DNA from: Laetmonice hystrix
Taxonomy: Eukaryota
NCBI GenBank assembly: GCA_965235115.1
Contig: OZ249436.1
Span: forward strand, 51,212,001-51,276,000
Length of the DNA: 64,000 nucleotides
Direction: 5' to 3'
A program made the position numbers and the translations under genes. The notes below the pieces were generated by a model. It made no database searches. It had not been told where the DNA came from and saw only the letters and a program-made list of their open reading frames with translations. The number at the start of each line of letters is the position of its first letter. Position 1 is the stretch's first letter. This document shows, piece by piece, positions 24,501 through 38,152 of this stretch.

Positions 24501-27238
24501 AACGTGAATAAGATCTCTAATGTGAATGGTACGAATTTTAGAATGTGCATCAGTGCGCCTCAATGCGCGTTGTTGGGTCTTGTATGAAAAATTAGGATCA
24601 CCCCCAACTCACTTCCCCGGGGTCTGCCACTGGCGTACTTATGTGGTGCTTTATCGCCTATTTTTACCTCGAAGCTGGTTTTAATTGTCGCCATGGTTGA
24701 TTAACAATTATTTAAGCACACACAACCACAAGCTAATAGTTTCTGTTGCTAAGGTTAGAAACACAGTTCCTGTTTATTGATCTAATCAGGCAACTCAAAA
24801 ACAGTAAAATACCATGGAATGATACTATCGCTTGGTATGTGTGTCAGGGCTTTGAAAAACTACAGGCGTTTTTTTTAAATATTAAGGTGAGAAGTAGGCA
24901 CAATTAATTTGTTACCACTGCTAGTCTTCACCACCAGTGGTGCATGATGAAAGTGTTGTTCTAGTCACAACCTGATGATATTTCAAAACATGACACAAGA
25001 TCGAGTTTCCCAAATTTGGAACTGACGTGAGGAGGAAACCAACATGGAACGTAAAGCATGGACCCCTGGCTACACTCCTGAAGGGTGAAGTTAGGAGTTC
25101 AGTGTGACCAACCATGCGTGACCGTGACACAGTGTTGAGGAGGAGTGCTGTGTATAGCCCATATTTTCTGCCCGTATGGTTAGCCGTGACCTTAATGTTC
25201 ACGACCGTAGACCTCAGGGCAAGACCTCTGGCATTTCATCATTGTTCACCACGACTTTGCTCTTTATCTCAGCTAGTATAATCAAAGCTCACATGTGGGT
25301 CTGAAATATTTCTCATAACTTCATTCGCCGTAGTTTAATTTACTCGGGATAACCCCAGCATGTTAACTGCAGACCATTAAATACGGGGTTAATATGGCAC
25401 TGTAATATTACAAGTGTATTTGTTTTTATAAAATATCATTTTTACCCACGCCCCCTTCTTGATTCGATGATGTTTGTTTATAATGAGAGGTGAAAGAAGA
25501 CGGGCAGTGTGAGAACAGTCAGTGGTCAGGATATATTCTCAGAACATCATAGATAGAATAGGGGCAGCATGGGAAATGTGCGTCGGTGTGGCCCCGTGTT
25601 TAACCCCTCCTGGGCCGGAGAGTGGGAATGTGCAGACGGCATGGCCAGCTGGGTCAAGTAGCACTGTTAAAACTGAGGGCACTGAGAAACATTCGAGACG
25701 ATTCGTTGTCGTGCACAACTACGGATCCTAATCCAGGTTCCCATAGTATACGACATGAAAAACTTTTGGAGTGAACTGATTCAGTGATTGCCAGAATAGC
25801 CCGGTGGCCGCCTACCGTGCCCCAACCAACCATACCCCAGTCGTCTGCCCCTGCCCCCCCCCCCCCAGTAGATTTGTATGTACAAAGTCTTCCGAACGCT
25901 ACCTTCATCAATATTTTCCTTGGATGCCACCACCATGGATTTTTTATTCTTTCATAGTTGCCTTTCTTACTTCATCTCCTTCATGCGCATAGCTTCTATC
26001 ATTTTAAAATTTCTTTGAACTCTTCCTCGTTTGTAATCTTCCTCTTCCTGGATATAATCAGTTTCCCATAATGACTCAGGTGTACCGTTTAGATATATCA
26101 ATGTCACGGACACCATGTAGGAGGAATGCTTAAAGAATATTTGTAAAGTAATTTAGTCTTACACTTAACATATGTTTCATGATATAGCAGCATGTTTTCA
26201 GTAAATCAAGATGATATTCGTGCTTTTCAAGCCCCACGAAGTATGTGCTGGTCATGACAAGGTGACCATGAAATGTCCATTCAAGCTTTTTACCACGTTC
26301 TTGTGTCGTGTGATTTATGACAGGCCGGCTTGCCATACTGAGATGCATAAAGAACTGGAATCCGTTTTCTTCATGGATTGTATGCAATTAATAGCGAACG
26401 GTGGCCCGCAAACATGCCCCCACGTATGTTTTCGAAAAAAATACTGAAAAGGGCACTTACCGCATTATCTGCATTACTGCATGAAAGGTTCAACAGTTGG
26501 TACCGTTAGTCCGGTCACTATTTACATGTACAATGTATGTGTATTCATTGTTCGTTTAGTTTGTTTGATCCATGCCCAATCTCTGGTGAATTTGACGACC
26601 AATTCTTGTTTTCATCCACCCATAACTGTCCTCTTCAGTGTCATAACTACCCTTATCTTATGGCGTCATACATGTACCACAGGGCTCTGACACATTTATT
26701 GGCTGGGTGTTGTTATACTATTACTATAGCTACCGCCCGCCCAATGTGTCAGACTCCTGTGCATGTATTGACGATTTGTTGTCGTGCAGAACTACGGATC
26801 CTAAGTTATGGGTTATCACGCTGCTTTTGTCAGTTGTTTTTGTATTTGCCTTCGGGAATTTCAATGTATATTTTATACTTGTTTCTGTTGTAAATGGTGT
26901 ACAAGCTGTATCAATGTAAAATGACACCGACCTGATAGACCTTATACCGCGTTTCCTCTGTGATATCTATTCCGAAATAGACTAAATGTAGTAGCCACAT
27001 TCACCGTTAGTTACTCGGTACGTAAAACGCCATGTTATAGTCAGAAGATTGTTGTGGCCTGTCTACGTAAAGCATAATAAGCCACTTTAGTACATCTTTT
27101 GACAAACGAAGGACATGCTGCAAGAGATGTACCGTAATCATCTGCTACAAATATAAACCAAAAGTATATTTATTTATGTTATCTGTGTCTTTTCAGTGTT
27201 TCTGCTTCGAGGAACAACGCTTGAATCCCCATGAAGAG
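18560..27238 (+). CDS. COX11: Cytochrome c oxidase copper chaperone COX11; last coding exon not found in window
   Basis: Exons 18560-18583 (MAAPMNIR), 18978-19373 (...NKTALVYITAIGIFMIGATYAGVPLYRIFCQ), 20371-20526 (ATGLGG...VRFNADVASSMRWNFRPQQSQVK), 20671-20796 (VLPGETALAFYTARNPTDKPIIGISTYNVVPFEAGAYFNKIQ), 27197-27238 (CFCFEEQRLNPHEE). All phase 0, with the copper-binding CFCF motif. The first 24-nt exon is the least certain. Confidence 0.95.
19417..19720. mobile_element. MITE-like non-autonomous DNA element, 14-bp TIR cagtgttctccaca
   Basis: cagtgttctccaca at 19417 and its reverse complement tgtggagaacactg ending at 19720. Flanks are only partly duplicated (gatag / gataa). Confidence 0.7.
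21156..21522. mobile_element. MITE-like element with CAGGG termini and 6-bp target-site duplication (gtgagg)
   Basis: gtgagg|cagggatctc ... gaggtccctg|gtgagg. TIR is 10 bp with one mismatch. Confidence 0.7.
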
Positions 27239-30200
27239 GTCAGTTTTTTTAACCGTAAAGTATTGATCGGAAATCTCTGAAAAGTTGCTACAGGATGATT
27301 ATTTAAGTTTGTCGTAGTCCGAAATTCCCCCAGTTGTTACTGTGACTTTACAGAAATTTTTACATGGGCAGAGCAATTTAATTTGGAGCCAGTTTTCTCA
27401 CAGCCACATTGGCAATGGGTGTCATTAATAACAAGTTTGAACTTTTATTTGATCATCGCTGTGGATATGAATGCTGATAGTCAGCAGGATGAGGCGTGTT
27501 TTTACACCAATAACTTGTTCTTCTCACTCATAATCGCTTCCTTTAAGTCATAAAACCATGTGTTTATTATGATTAGTAATGCATGCCACCATCAAGTTGT
27601 TCGTTTCAACCGATGGTGGGAGAATAAAATAAAACCGGAGACCTGTCCTCACACATCGGACAACATCCAGACATCATTCATAAAATACAACACTCAGCTA
27701 TTGTCCGTTGGACCACAATTCGCGGACAGTTTTGTGTTTAATCTAGACTGAATAAAATCCGCGGGGTTTTCTTTTTCTTTCTCTTTTTTTTGTTGCTCTT
27801 ATTGGCTGTCATAGCTGAGGCAAACAAGAAGAGGTCAAACATTCGTTGTTAAGAAAGCTCTTCAGTTTTAAGGTGGGGGACTTCATACATGTGAGTGTGA
27901 GTTGTTGGGGAATAATAATATTTGAATAATATTTGAAACACAACGTTCATTATATCTAGTTTGACGATATAATGAATAGAGATTTTGGCCCGGATCCCAC
28001 TCATCCTACTCTTCTAGTCAGACAATGTTCACCTTGCTGTTGGTTGCGTGTCACGTTTGAGATCAAACAATATATGTCAGTGACATTTTATGTCGGTTTT
28101 TATGGGGTAGCTGACAGTGAATGGTTGGCACCCAGAGGTCTGAGCTGTAGGTAGGGGCTGCCGGCAGCTAGGGTGTTGTGATCGGGCGTCTTCACTTGGA
28201 AGTCTCTCACTCTGACTGAGAGAGCAAACAAAATAGTCGGCACAGCCTTCAGCACTTCAACATTTTACACTGAACACACATTGAAGGGCTGTTTTTATAA
28301 CAATTATGTCTGGGGTCTGTCGCCCAATAATACCAAGTTCGTTCTAAAGAACGTTAGCATAGAAAGTAGTCTAGTTCTAATCACTAGGCATTCAGAAATT
28401 GTCGAACGTTGTAATTGCTATTGCCATATAGTAATGAGTAGTAAACACATTATTTTATGTATGCACTCTATTATAGCTTCTTTAAAAAAAATGGAACCAG
28501 CCAAAGTAGGCTTTTGTGACATACACCAGCTTTTTTACTTTCCTCTCTTCTCTGCTTTGTTTGAATATACGTGTTGCATTTTAATCTAATAAATTTTCTT
28601 ACTTTTCCGTTTTCCTTTTCTTACATGGAGGAGGGTACATGGTATAGAACATATCTGAGGGTTGCACCATACAATTTTCATGTTCTACCTTATTTAAATG
28701 TTCCATTTCAATCGTAGCTTTTCAAGTAAGGTTGTCATTGATTGAAGAGAACGTCTGACGTATTATATTGACGTGACAACCTCTTGAATCAGTCGGTTTG
28801 GCACCCAGCAGACGATCGTTTGGTGAACACGATCGCGGTCTCTAATCGTCTTTGTAGTCGAAAGTACGCCATGCATTTAGAGAACACCGATTTCAATAGA
28901 ATTCGGTAAGTGTAAGACCAGAATACACCTTCAGATAAACCAGATTAGTCAATGTTAACTTCTCGCTTTACTCAAACGTGCTGTCGGTACGCGATTTACG
29001 ACAAACTGCCAAGTTAATCCGGCCGGATTTCTTCTTACACTATCTCGGCCGCTGATACTGTGCCCCAGGAGGCATGCGACTGTCTTAGGACATACATTAA
29101 TCATTAGGCAAGCCACAGAAAATATATCTTGATAAATAGAAGAATAATCTGGAGACCTGTTTGTGGTGAAACTCTGAAGGTAAATGGATATGATATTAAA
29201 GTGTTTTCGTTGACAGTGGTCATTCCTAGCGTCATTGTTAGGTCTCATGAATTATTTCAGGACTTTTCCAATAAGACTGAAAGCTTTCCACCTGAGCGTG
29301 TACAACATGGCAACATTGACTACAGAACAAGATCAGGAATGCAAACCATGTAATGCTGGTTGAACGGAGGACAGGAATTTCTGGGTTGTTGCGAAATACT
29401 ATTGAAGGGCTAATGTGACTTTGGTGTGTTGCCTCGTCATGAAAGGTTCTCAACTTGTCAGGTACCGGTAGGGAATAAACAACGTTTTAGTGACAGGTAA
29501 AGGAGGGAAAATGTATGGAAACAGGGTGAGATGATGGAGTTGGTGTCGGGTGACGGTGGAAAAAACCCCAGGTTGACCAGGACGTGTTCCACCCTCCCTC
29601 ACACACCCTACACCCCCGTGGATCCGGAGGCTGGGGTAACACCCCCCCCCCCAGCTGCCTTACCAATACCAGCATCCTATTACCCTAGAACGCTGAAATC
29701 ACGGCGCCCACTGTCATCAAAGTATTGCTGCTGCCATGTCCTTGATACAGTCTGAGCCAGGGGAATTTCTGCCTCCAGGAGAATACTTCACTTTGGCACG
29801 GACTCAAAATATCGATGACGTAATGGTTGCAGTGGGTCTTGTGTAATCAAGATAATCGTTTCCCTGTCTGAGCACCGCAGAGTAATTAACAGAAAACCAA
29901 CACCCCTGTCAAACGTTGACGGTCTTTATTAGCATCTTCCGATGTCACTTTTATTACACCATTTATTTCTTTAGGCTTTATGTGGTAAAAGCAAACATCA
30001 CAAGACATAGTTGTGTTAGAGAGTGATGATATACATTTGTATATCAAAGAGTCGCTCTTTAACTTTGGGATGTTTCCACGTTTTCGATGGTGCTCGTGTC
30101 TGTTTGCCTGACCTGGTGCTCCACTACGACAAGGACACCATATTTGGGCATTCTCCCCCGGGGTATTTGTCTCCTACGTGAATGTGAACACCTTGTAATT

Positions 30201-33200
30201 TCCATAATTGATAATCTCCATTAGTGATCTGCAGGTGTGCCAACCACAGACAGACACAGCATACCTGCCTAGTGTCTCACCTGTTCCAGTTAACCCTCGA
30301 CCGGCTCAAAATAACACCATCAATGTTGAATTACACCTATCAGTATCAAGTAAGGTTGAGAGGTTGCTGTTCCAAGGGATGGCACTGTTTTCCGCTGAAT
30401 ATGCACAATTAAAGACACATTGTGAAATCTGAGTTTTTGATATGTTAGATTATCGGTTAGGAGTTTCACCTTCCAACATGAAAAGAGTGAAAAACGGAGA
30501 AAGTCGGGACAGGATTATTGATTGTCCTTACTGATAGTTAGTTTACATTGTAAGCTCCGTCTGTTAGCTCGGGTGTGGTTCTGTGGCCGTAAACATGTCA
30601 GCCCATGACAAATTATTCCTGGAAAACACCACTGTCAATCACTAACTTCCTGGAAAGTCTAAGCTAGGCCTGTGTGATCCTCGTGTAAATTTATAATTTA
30701 AGTTTCACTGCTCCGTCGTTTCAATATTTTCATCCAAGGAAATGACCTTTAATTGGCTGTAATTCTATTTCAGTGAATAATTTTAGTAAGTATATAAGTA
30801 TATAAGTACAGAAAGTATGCTTTAATCCGATAATAAGTATGTATCATGCACGTACCTTGCACTAGGTTAAGAACAGCCTGATGCGTACTATGTCTGATGA
30901 CCCAATCCTCGTATACCGTTCTCAAATAAAGGAAAGTAGACAATTGTCGAATACTCCTATTTCAAAAAGAGTTCTCTCTCTTGAAAATGTGCTGTACGAT
31001 GCTGTAATGCTTCCTTGGATTCAAATCTATCCTTTTGTGCTATTTTTAGCACGATAGGAAGGGCTTTATAGGGACTTTACGGTAAACTCGGCCTTCCCTT
31101 GCAGTAACGAGAGGGGGGCGTGTCTGGAAGGTTGGAAGCGGGAGGCGATCGGTGGGGTGGGCTCAGTCCCGAGTTGAGTGGTTGGATTATGATGGAGACG
31201 TCTGGAGGGTGATGCGAGATGTTCTAGAATACATCCGTCTGGCCATGCACTCCGGGCGTTCTGCTCCCTACAGGAGTGTATGGGTACGGTTCTAGCTCAG
31301 TCATAAAGAGAATGGGTTCCTATTGATAGATTGATATGTAAATTTATTTTGACTTATAAACGAGGATGCATATATACTCGCTTTAGTAGTCAGCTAATGT
31401 GACAAGGTCAAAGAAGAGCACCTCTATATATAAAGGTTAAATCCTGGCAATAGAATTAAAGGTCAAATCCTGGCAAGAGAATTATGTTTGTAATACCAAG
31501 ATCCTTGCTGTGTAAGTATATACACACCTACACTGGTGCTGCTGTAGTTAGGGCACAATGAGACCAATAGAAAGATTTCCATGGTTACAAAACAGAAGAA
31601 CGCAGATCGGTATTCGTTGCTGTTTGTTTAATGATCGCTTTCCACAGTCAACAATTTCGTACAGCAAGGCAGATATTGGTGAGAAACGTACGCCTTGTCT
31701 TTAAAACTTGCTATATGGCAAACCTCATGACACCACTCTGTAGATTAGACCCTTGCCATGCTGTAGGAACGATCAGGGGAGGCAACTCTCCTTACTTCTG
31801 TACTTAAATCAGAAAAAAAGTCGATATTGAGAAGATTCTTTATGTTTTACCTTAGATTTCGCTCCTGTGATGTCTAATCTGAACATTGATCCGTTCACTG
31901 GGCAACTATTGGAATTAAGTATTCAAACAGCCGCTTATTTTCTCGGCTTTCCTCTGGACGCTACTTAAAGTCGATGAATGATGAAATCAATTTGAACTTC
32001 AAGCTGTGAGGACTATCCGGGTGTTTGCTCTGAGCAGTGGTGTTTTAATGAGGCATGTATCTCAATCATTATAGGGCTTTACCTACTTGACGGGAATATC
32101 ACTTTCGACTGAAAATCGGTCAACCAGTCGCCACCAGTCATATACCACGACCCTTGCGCATCATTGATCCTAACAGGTTATGAAAGCCATCTCTGTTGCA
32201 GAAAGACATCTCGAGTCATATTTGAAAATCATCTGCCTGCCAGTTTTCTATTTTACACTTCCATTCACAAACAATGTTACGGTTTGGTGCGTGTTTTTCC
32301 CTTAGAATTATTCATGTTGCCCATCTGTTAGTGTTTTATGCCCGTCATAATGGCACATCAGCAGTGGCCGCCCCTCCCCCCCCCCCCCCATTTTCCAAAC
32401 TCTTGATATGCATAAAAATAATGGACTTTCGTTGATTCCGGAGAAATTTCTACTCAAGATATTAAGAAAACTCATCTCCCGAATCCACCACTGTCTCAAA
32501 TCAAACTTACCATGATCTGAGAGAAACACGCGGCCATTAACTAACAACAGAAGCAATGCAAACTGGATGTTATTGATGTGTCTACCTGTTTGTAACCACC
32601 GTGGCCTTTCCATGGGAGCGCTGGCTGTCAGCGTGGCTGTGTCAAAACACAGCCTCATCTTGTCTGACTCGGCCAGTGGTTGGACACAGCCCTCTGTCTG
32701 TACACGGCCTACTCATCACAAAACAATCCTAGCTAGGTCATCTAGTGCTACTGATTGAAGTGTTGGTTTGGGATGTACACTGACGTGTGTCACTTTATAT
32801 GACTGGTGATTGTTTGATTGCTACTCCAGAGTCCGTCACATTGTCTGTTCGGATGTACTCGTAGTTAGGCCTATCTGTTTGTTTTAATAAGTGAATAATC
32901 ATGTTCAAAAAGCTTTTAGGTGCATTCATATAAAGGCAGTTAGGTTTATGGACCACGAGAGCTTCTCTACACAAAATGCTCAGTTTTAACAGCTTCATGG
33001 ACCTTTATTAGAACTGAACGTACATGTATACATTAGAGGACGTAGTACACTACAAGTATCACCCCTCAAACTGAGTGACTGGTGGAGAACCTTGCGGCGT
33101 GAGTATCCCCAGGAGGGCCCTCCCAGGACAGGGGATGGCCCTCAGCTGTCAGAGTGGCTAGCGTGGCGCTGTAAGTGCCTTCACAAACACTGCGACACCG

Positions 33201-33304
33201 CCACATTATTTATAACCAATCGGCGCTCTCGTTGTATCGGTGTCGGGTTTTAATATTAGATATGATACCAAACGTCCACTCACTGACCTCAAGAAGAACC
33301 TGTT

Positions 33305-34900
33305 GAAGGAGTATTTCCACATTCCCGAATCCCGAACTGCTACGATCTCGAGATCGTAGGAAATCGTAGGGACGTTTTTGAGCATGCTCGAAAATTTGAA
33401 ATTTAGTCGCCGACAAAAAAAGATAGTAGCAGTTCGTAAGTTATTCGTAGGTAGATCGTAGTGGTTCATAGGACTTCGTAGGTGGTTCGTGCCTGTTCGT
33501 AATGAATCGTAGAGTTAAAAATATGCCGAATTTATGCGATTCACCTACGAATTCCTACGATCTGCTAAGAATAGCTACGATCCTGCCTACAATCGTAGCA
33601 AGCCTTGACATTCGTAGCAGTTTTTGACAAGTTTTCACAATTCGTAGCAAATCTTGACGTGTCATAGGTAGTTTGTGGGTAAATCGGAACAGTTCGTCGA
33701 TACTTCGTGACGGTTCGGCATGAGTTCGGCATGGTTCGTAGAGGAGACGTAGGTAATTCCTAAGTACATCGTAGCAGTTCGTAGCTAATGCGAAGCCAAT
33801 TCTTGTGTGAGGTCACACACTACGAATTGGCCGAGCGACCAAGAACCGTCACGAATTTCAATTCGGGACAGTTCAGCGCGCTCTCACGAAAAATTCGGGA
33901 ATGTGGGAAAGTCCGGATTGTCCTTTGTATTGAAATTCTTGACAGTTCTTGGTCGCTCGACTCATGACGTCACGAATTGGCTAAGCATTAGCTACGAACT
34001 GCTACAATGTACAACAAACCATACCAACACTGTACGAACTGTCACAATTTACCTACAAAGTACCGACGACACCTCATGATTTGCTATGAATTGTCAAGAC
34101 TTGTCAAAAACTGCTACAATTTCCCACAAACCTTCTACAATTTGTCAAGTCTTGCTACGATTTTCTGGTCATGGACCATATAAAAGGCAACCCATTTTCA
34201 CGAATTTCAATTCGGGACAGTTCGGCGCGCTGTCATGAAAAATTCGGGAATGTGGGAAAGCCCCTTGTTCGTAGAAATCTATAGGTGAATCATAGTTTGG
34301 ACTCTATGATCCGTTATGAAGAGGCACAAGCCATCTACGAATTCCTACGAACTGCTACGATCCACCTACAAATTCCGGAATGTGGGAAAGGGGCTTAAAC
34401 CACACGTAAACATCACATTACGCAGCCCCTTTCCCACATTCCTGAATTTGATATCGAACCGCTATGACGTCAAGATCATTGGAAATCGTAGGGAGATCAT
34501 CAGTCAGAGTTTGGTATGGCTCATCACAGTTCAGGAGAAATCGTAGCCGTCAATAAAATTTTCGAGCATGCTCGAAAATTGATCGTAGGACTTCGTAGTT
34601 GGTTTGCACCTCTTCATAATGGATCATAGAGGCCAAAATATGCTGAATTTCTATGATTAACCTACAAATTCCTACAAACTGCTACAAACCGCTACGATCC
34701 ATCTACGCTTGTTGTTAACAGGTGAGCTGGCAGGACATCAATGAACAACTATGAAACTGGGTTATGTCTTTTATGGTCTATGACCAGAAAATCGGCCTGA
34801 AGTCTTGACAAATTGTAGGGGGTAGCAGTTCTTGACAAGTCTTGACAATTAATAGCAAATCGTGAGGGGTCGTAAGTTGAACCATCGTGCCTTTCATGTG
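33305..34900. mobile_element. Two adjacent non-autonomous DNA transposon copies (PIF/Harbinger-like) with many ctacga/tcgtag subterminal repeats
   Basis: Terminal motif agcccctttcccacattcc appears head-to-head at 34375-34395 (followed by TAA) and 34424-34445, with a degenerate copy at about 33305-33330. An internal block of about 65 bp is repeated at about 33850 and 34200. Superfamily inferred from the termini. Confidence 0.6.
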
Positions 34901-36373
34901 TTTTTTCAGGATTTTCTCAGAACAGTACACCATTCGTTTGCATTCCCTGTCGATGAGTTATTATGCTACTACAAACAGTTTTTTTTACCAAACGGTTGAT
35001 GAAGTGCGATGTTTATTGCAGAGTCGATATCAACAATACATAGCGACGTTTAAACACAAACTGGTTACAATAAATGTCGGTGGGAAGCTAACAAGGTCCT
35101 GGAAGTCGCAGATACAGGTTGAATCTGCACTGAACCCGTCTAGACACCCCTAACCTTAGCACAATCCACATGGACTGCCGTCCGAGGTTAAATAGTTGTA
35201 AATGTCAATGTAGGTGGTTGCTTGACATTGAGCACCTGTGGAGAAACTTTCGGTGGTTTGGAAATGGCCTCAGCTTTTTTCTTTCTTTCTTTTTATCTGT
35301 CGTGTATCTGCATAGTTAGGTGTAGTCCCTTCCGGTTCAGAGCCCTTCACCAGCCTCCCATCTTTGTAGATTTTGCTGGCGTTACGAAAAGCCTATGTCA
35401 TGACGCCCGCTGGAGGCTGAAGGTAGGACCCCCCTGGGGCCCACCACCACCCGAGGACTCGCCCTAACTGTATCGGCTATGAATGTCACACATCAGAACC
35501 GAAGGAGTTTCTCAGAGTCTCCTACCTATATATATCGGAGAGCCTTGCGGCGTTGCAGGGAGTAAACGCCCAGAGAGCTTGACGGAAGGCAATTCACGCT
35601 GTGGTTAAAAACCCCGGTTATTATACCATGGTTGATGGTATACCCAACAACTCCTGAGATACAGTGATAGTCTGACAACCCGCCTTGTTTGCAAGCCCCA
35701 TGTAGATGCCGATATCAGAGGGAGTGAAGGGCTGTGACCCAGTGATAACTACACTCGGTGTGAGCCTAAAACTGGCAAACTGTACGCGGTACGTTTCACC
35801 AACTGATCCATCTTAATGTGTCTGTTACCTCTACTAGATAGGCGAATGTTTCCCGGCCTCTGGTGATTATGGAAGCGATTAACGCTGACGGTTCGGGCAA
35901 GGTTCATGTGCCCTGAATTCACGGCTGGTAACCCAGGCTCCCTGTCGGATAACGGGGAAGGTGGGCCGCCCTGAACACGGCCAGGAGTCGGATAGATCTC
36001 CAGGCCCCGTGTGGGGGCTGGTGATGGAGGAACTCCAGGCGGGATGACACATGGCTCGGTACGCTTTCACACTCAGTGGAGGGGAGTAGGATCTTAGACA
36101 AAAAAGTCTAAGATGGAATATAGCGGTGGTCAAGACACGAGATCCATCTTTCTTGGAATGTCTAGGAAAACCTAATCTAAGCTAATCTTTACGAAAAAAG
36201 ATTATTTCTGGTGGCCGGCAATAGGATATCTTTAATGAATTAGATGTCACCTGATCTTAGCTGGCACATTGATCTCGTCGTGTCTGGGGAGTAGAGGTAT
36301 GTATAGGTTATTCAACGGGTCTGAGGGGTGGTCGCAGGTGATAACCGATTCGAGCGACAGCGAGAATCGTTAT

Positions 36374-36900
36374 CACCGCGACCACCCCGAGGATCCAGTT
36401 GAATAACCTACATACACCCCACGCGGGAAGATAGTCTGAAAGTGTTTCTGTTATAATTGTGTAGAATTTTGGGAAATGTCGGGTAATTTTAATGGAAAAC
36501 TCTGAGCGTGGAATAGCTGCCGCGATAACCACCCCATGGGATGGTTATCGTCGGGATGAGTAGGCTACCTCAGAGTTACACCGCGACCATCTTTGAAAAT
36601 CTAGTTGAATAACTGACATACACACAAGAGGGGAGAGAGTTTGAAACTGTTTCTGTTAAAATTGTCTTGAATTTTGGAAAATATCGATAATCTTTAGCAG
36701 AAACTCTGAGCGTGGAATAGCTGTCGCGATAACCACCATGGGTTGGTTATCGTCAAGGGGGATTGGCTACCTCGGTGTTACACCGCGACCATCCCTGAAA
36801 ATCTAGTTGAATAGGCCTAACAGTTACTGACATACAACTATGAGGAAGAGAGTTTGAACGTGTTTCCGTTAAAATTGTCTAGAATATTGGGGAATGTCTA
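36374..36900. repeat. Diverged tandem triplication, unit about 204 bp; the first two copies carry a cgataacca...tggttatcg hairpin
   Basis: caccgcgacc recurs at 36374, 36579 and 36781, and the downstream text is homologous. Confidence 0.8.
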
Positions 36901-37307
36901 CTAATTTCAAGGAAAAACAAAGCTAGATCTGCACACGTGCAGTGACCGACTGGGCTGACGATCGCCACGCCTCAGTGCACTTGCTTGACCACGGTCTCCA
37001 AATAGCCCTTGCCCGGTACGTCACGGATGACTACACCGGAGTTATAATGCTACTCACCGGTGTCCCACGTTTGATGTACCACTCCATTCAACATACCTCC
37101 GCTATGTTGAACCTGTTCAAATTACTCCCTCCAGTCACCTCCAGTTTCAGGGTCTGGGTTAGGGTAAGGATAAGTTAATGGTTATTTTGTTATTAGAAAC
37201 TGGAGGGGGTCATTTGAACCTAGGTTAAACATGGGGGAGGGGTATATTCTGAATGGGGGGACTTGAAACTATGTACACCGGTACTGACAGAATGGGCCGT
37301 CGGGAGC

Positions 37308-37913
37308 AAGTCCTGCGGTGACAGGACGGTCTACACTTTTTCACCCGACCGACCGACCGATCTTCACCCGAAAGTTCGGACGAAGATCGGGTGGAAAGTT
37401 CGGGTGAGAATTTTCCTTGGCAAACTCCACCCGAACTTTTCAACCGACAATGCAAATGGTCCACACTTTATAATTTTCACCCGACCGACAAGTTCGGGAG
37501 AAGGTCGGGTGGAAAGTTCGGGTAAGAATATTCCTGGCATAAGATCCGAATGAGACTGAGAATTCGGGTGACAGTCCGGACCGATCACCCGACGATTGCT
37601 GCACTAAAGACCCAGAAATAACAAAGATCGATTCACGGCCGATTTTAAGATACGACAGATTTTTCTCCATAGTTTTCCAATCTAGCAGTAATTAAGAAAT
37701 ACTGCGCGGATGGTTAAAAAAAAATATCTGAACTTGGCCCGACCGCCCGACCAATTCACAATTTTCTGAATTGGTCAGATGGCTATCTGACCTCCACCCG
37801 AATTCGGGGGACAGTTCGGGCCGATCACCCGACCATTGCTCGACGAACCGAACTCCACCTGATCGCCCGATCACCAAAGTTCGGGTGCAGATCGGCTAAG
37901 TGTAACAAGGGCT
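37308..37913. mobile_element. MITE-like element with repeated ttcacccga/tcgggtg motifs
   Basis: Dense direct and inverted copies of acccga/tcgggt. The right end gtgtaacaagggct resembles Harbinger-type termini; the left end is degenerate. Confidence 0.5.
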
Positions 37914-38152
37914 TCAGTGTGGATTAAGAAAAATATGCAAATAATATCATATCACATTACCAACCGCGAGCGATAGCGAGAAAAAATAACTCATTATTAT
38001 TCGAAACCTCCTACCCGAAGAATTCGAGGGAACCGAGAATTCTTGGGGTAGGAGGTTGAGAAAAAGAAATCGAGGGGTGATATCGAATGAAGCCCGAGCG
38101 AAGCGAGGGCTTCATTCGATATCAACACGAGAGAAATGAAGGTGTTAGTGCA

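Noticed and set aside
29129-29353. Cytochrome P450-like text (LKVNGYDIK...FPPER)
   Set aside because: No FxxGxRxCxG heme motif follows, there is a stop soon after, and no other P450 exons were seen. At best a chance match or an unprovable relic.
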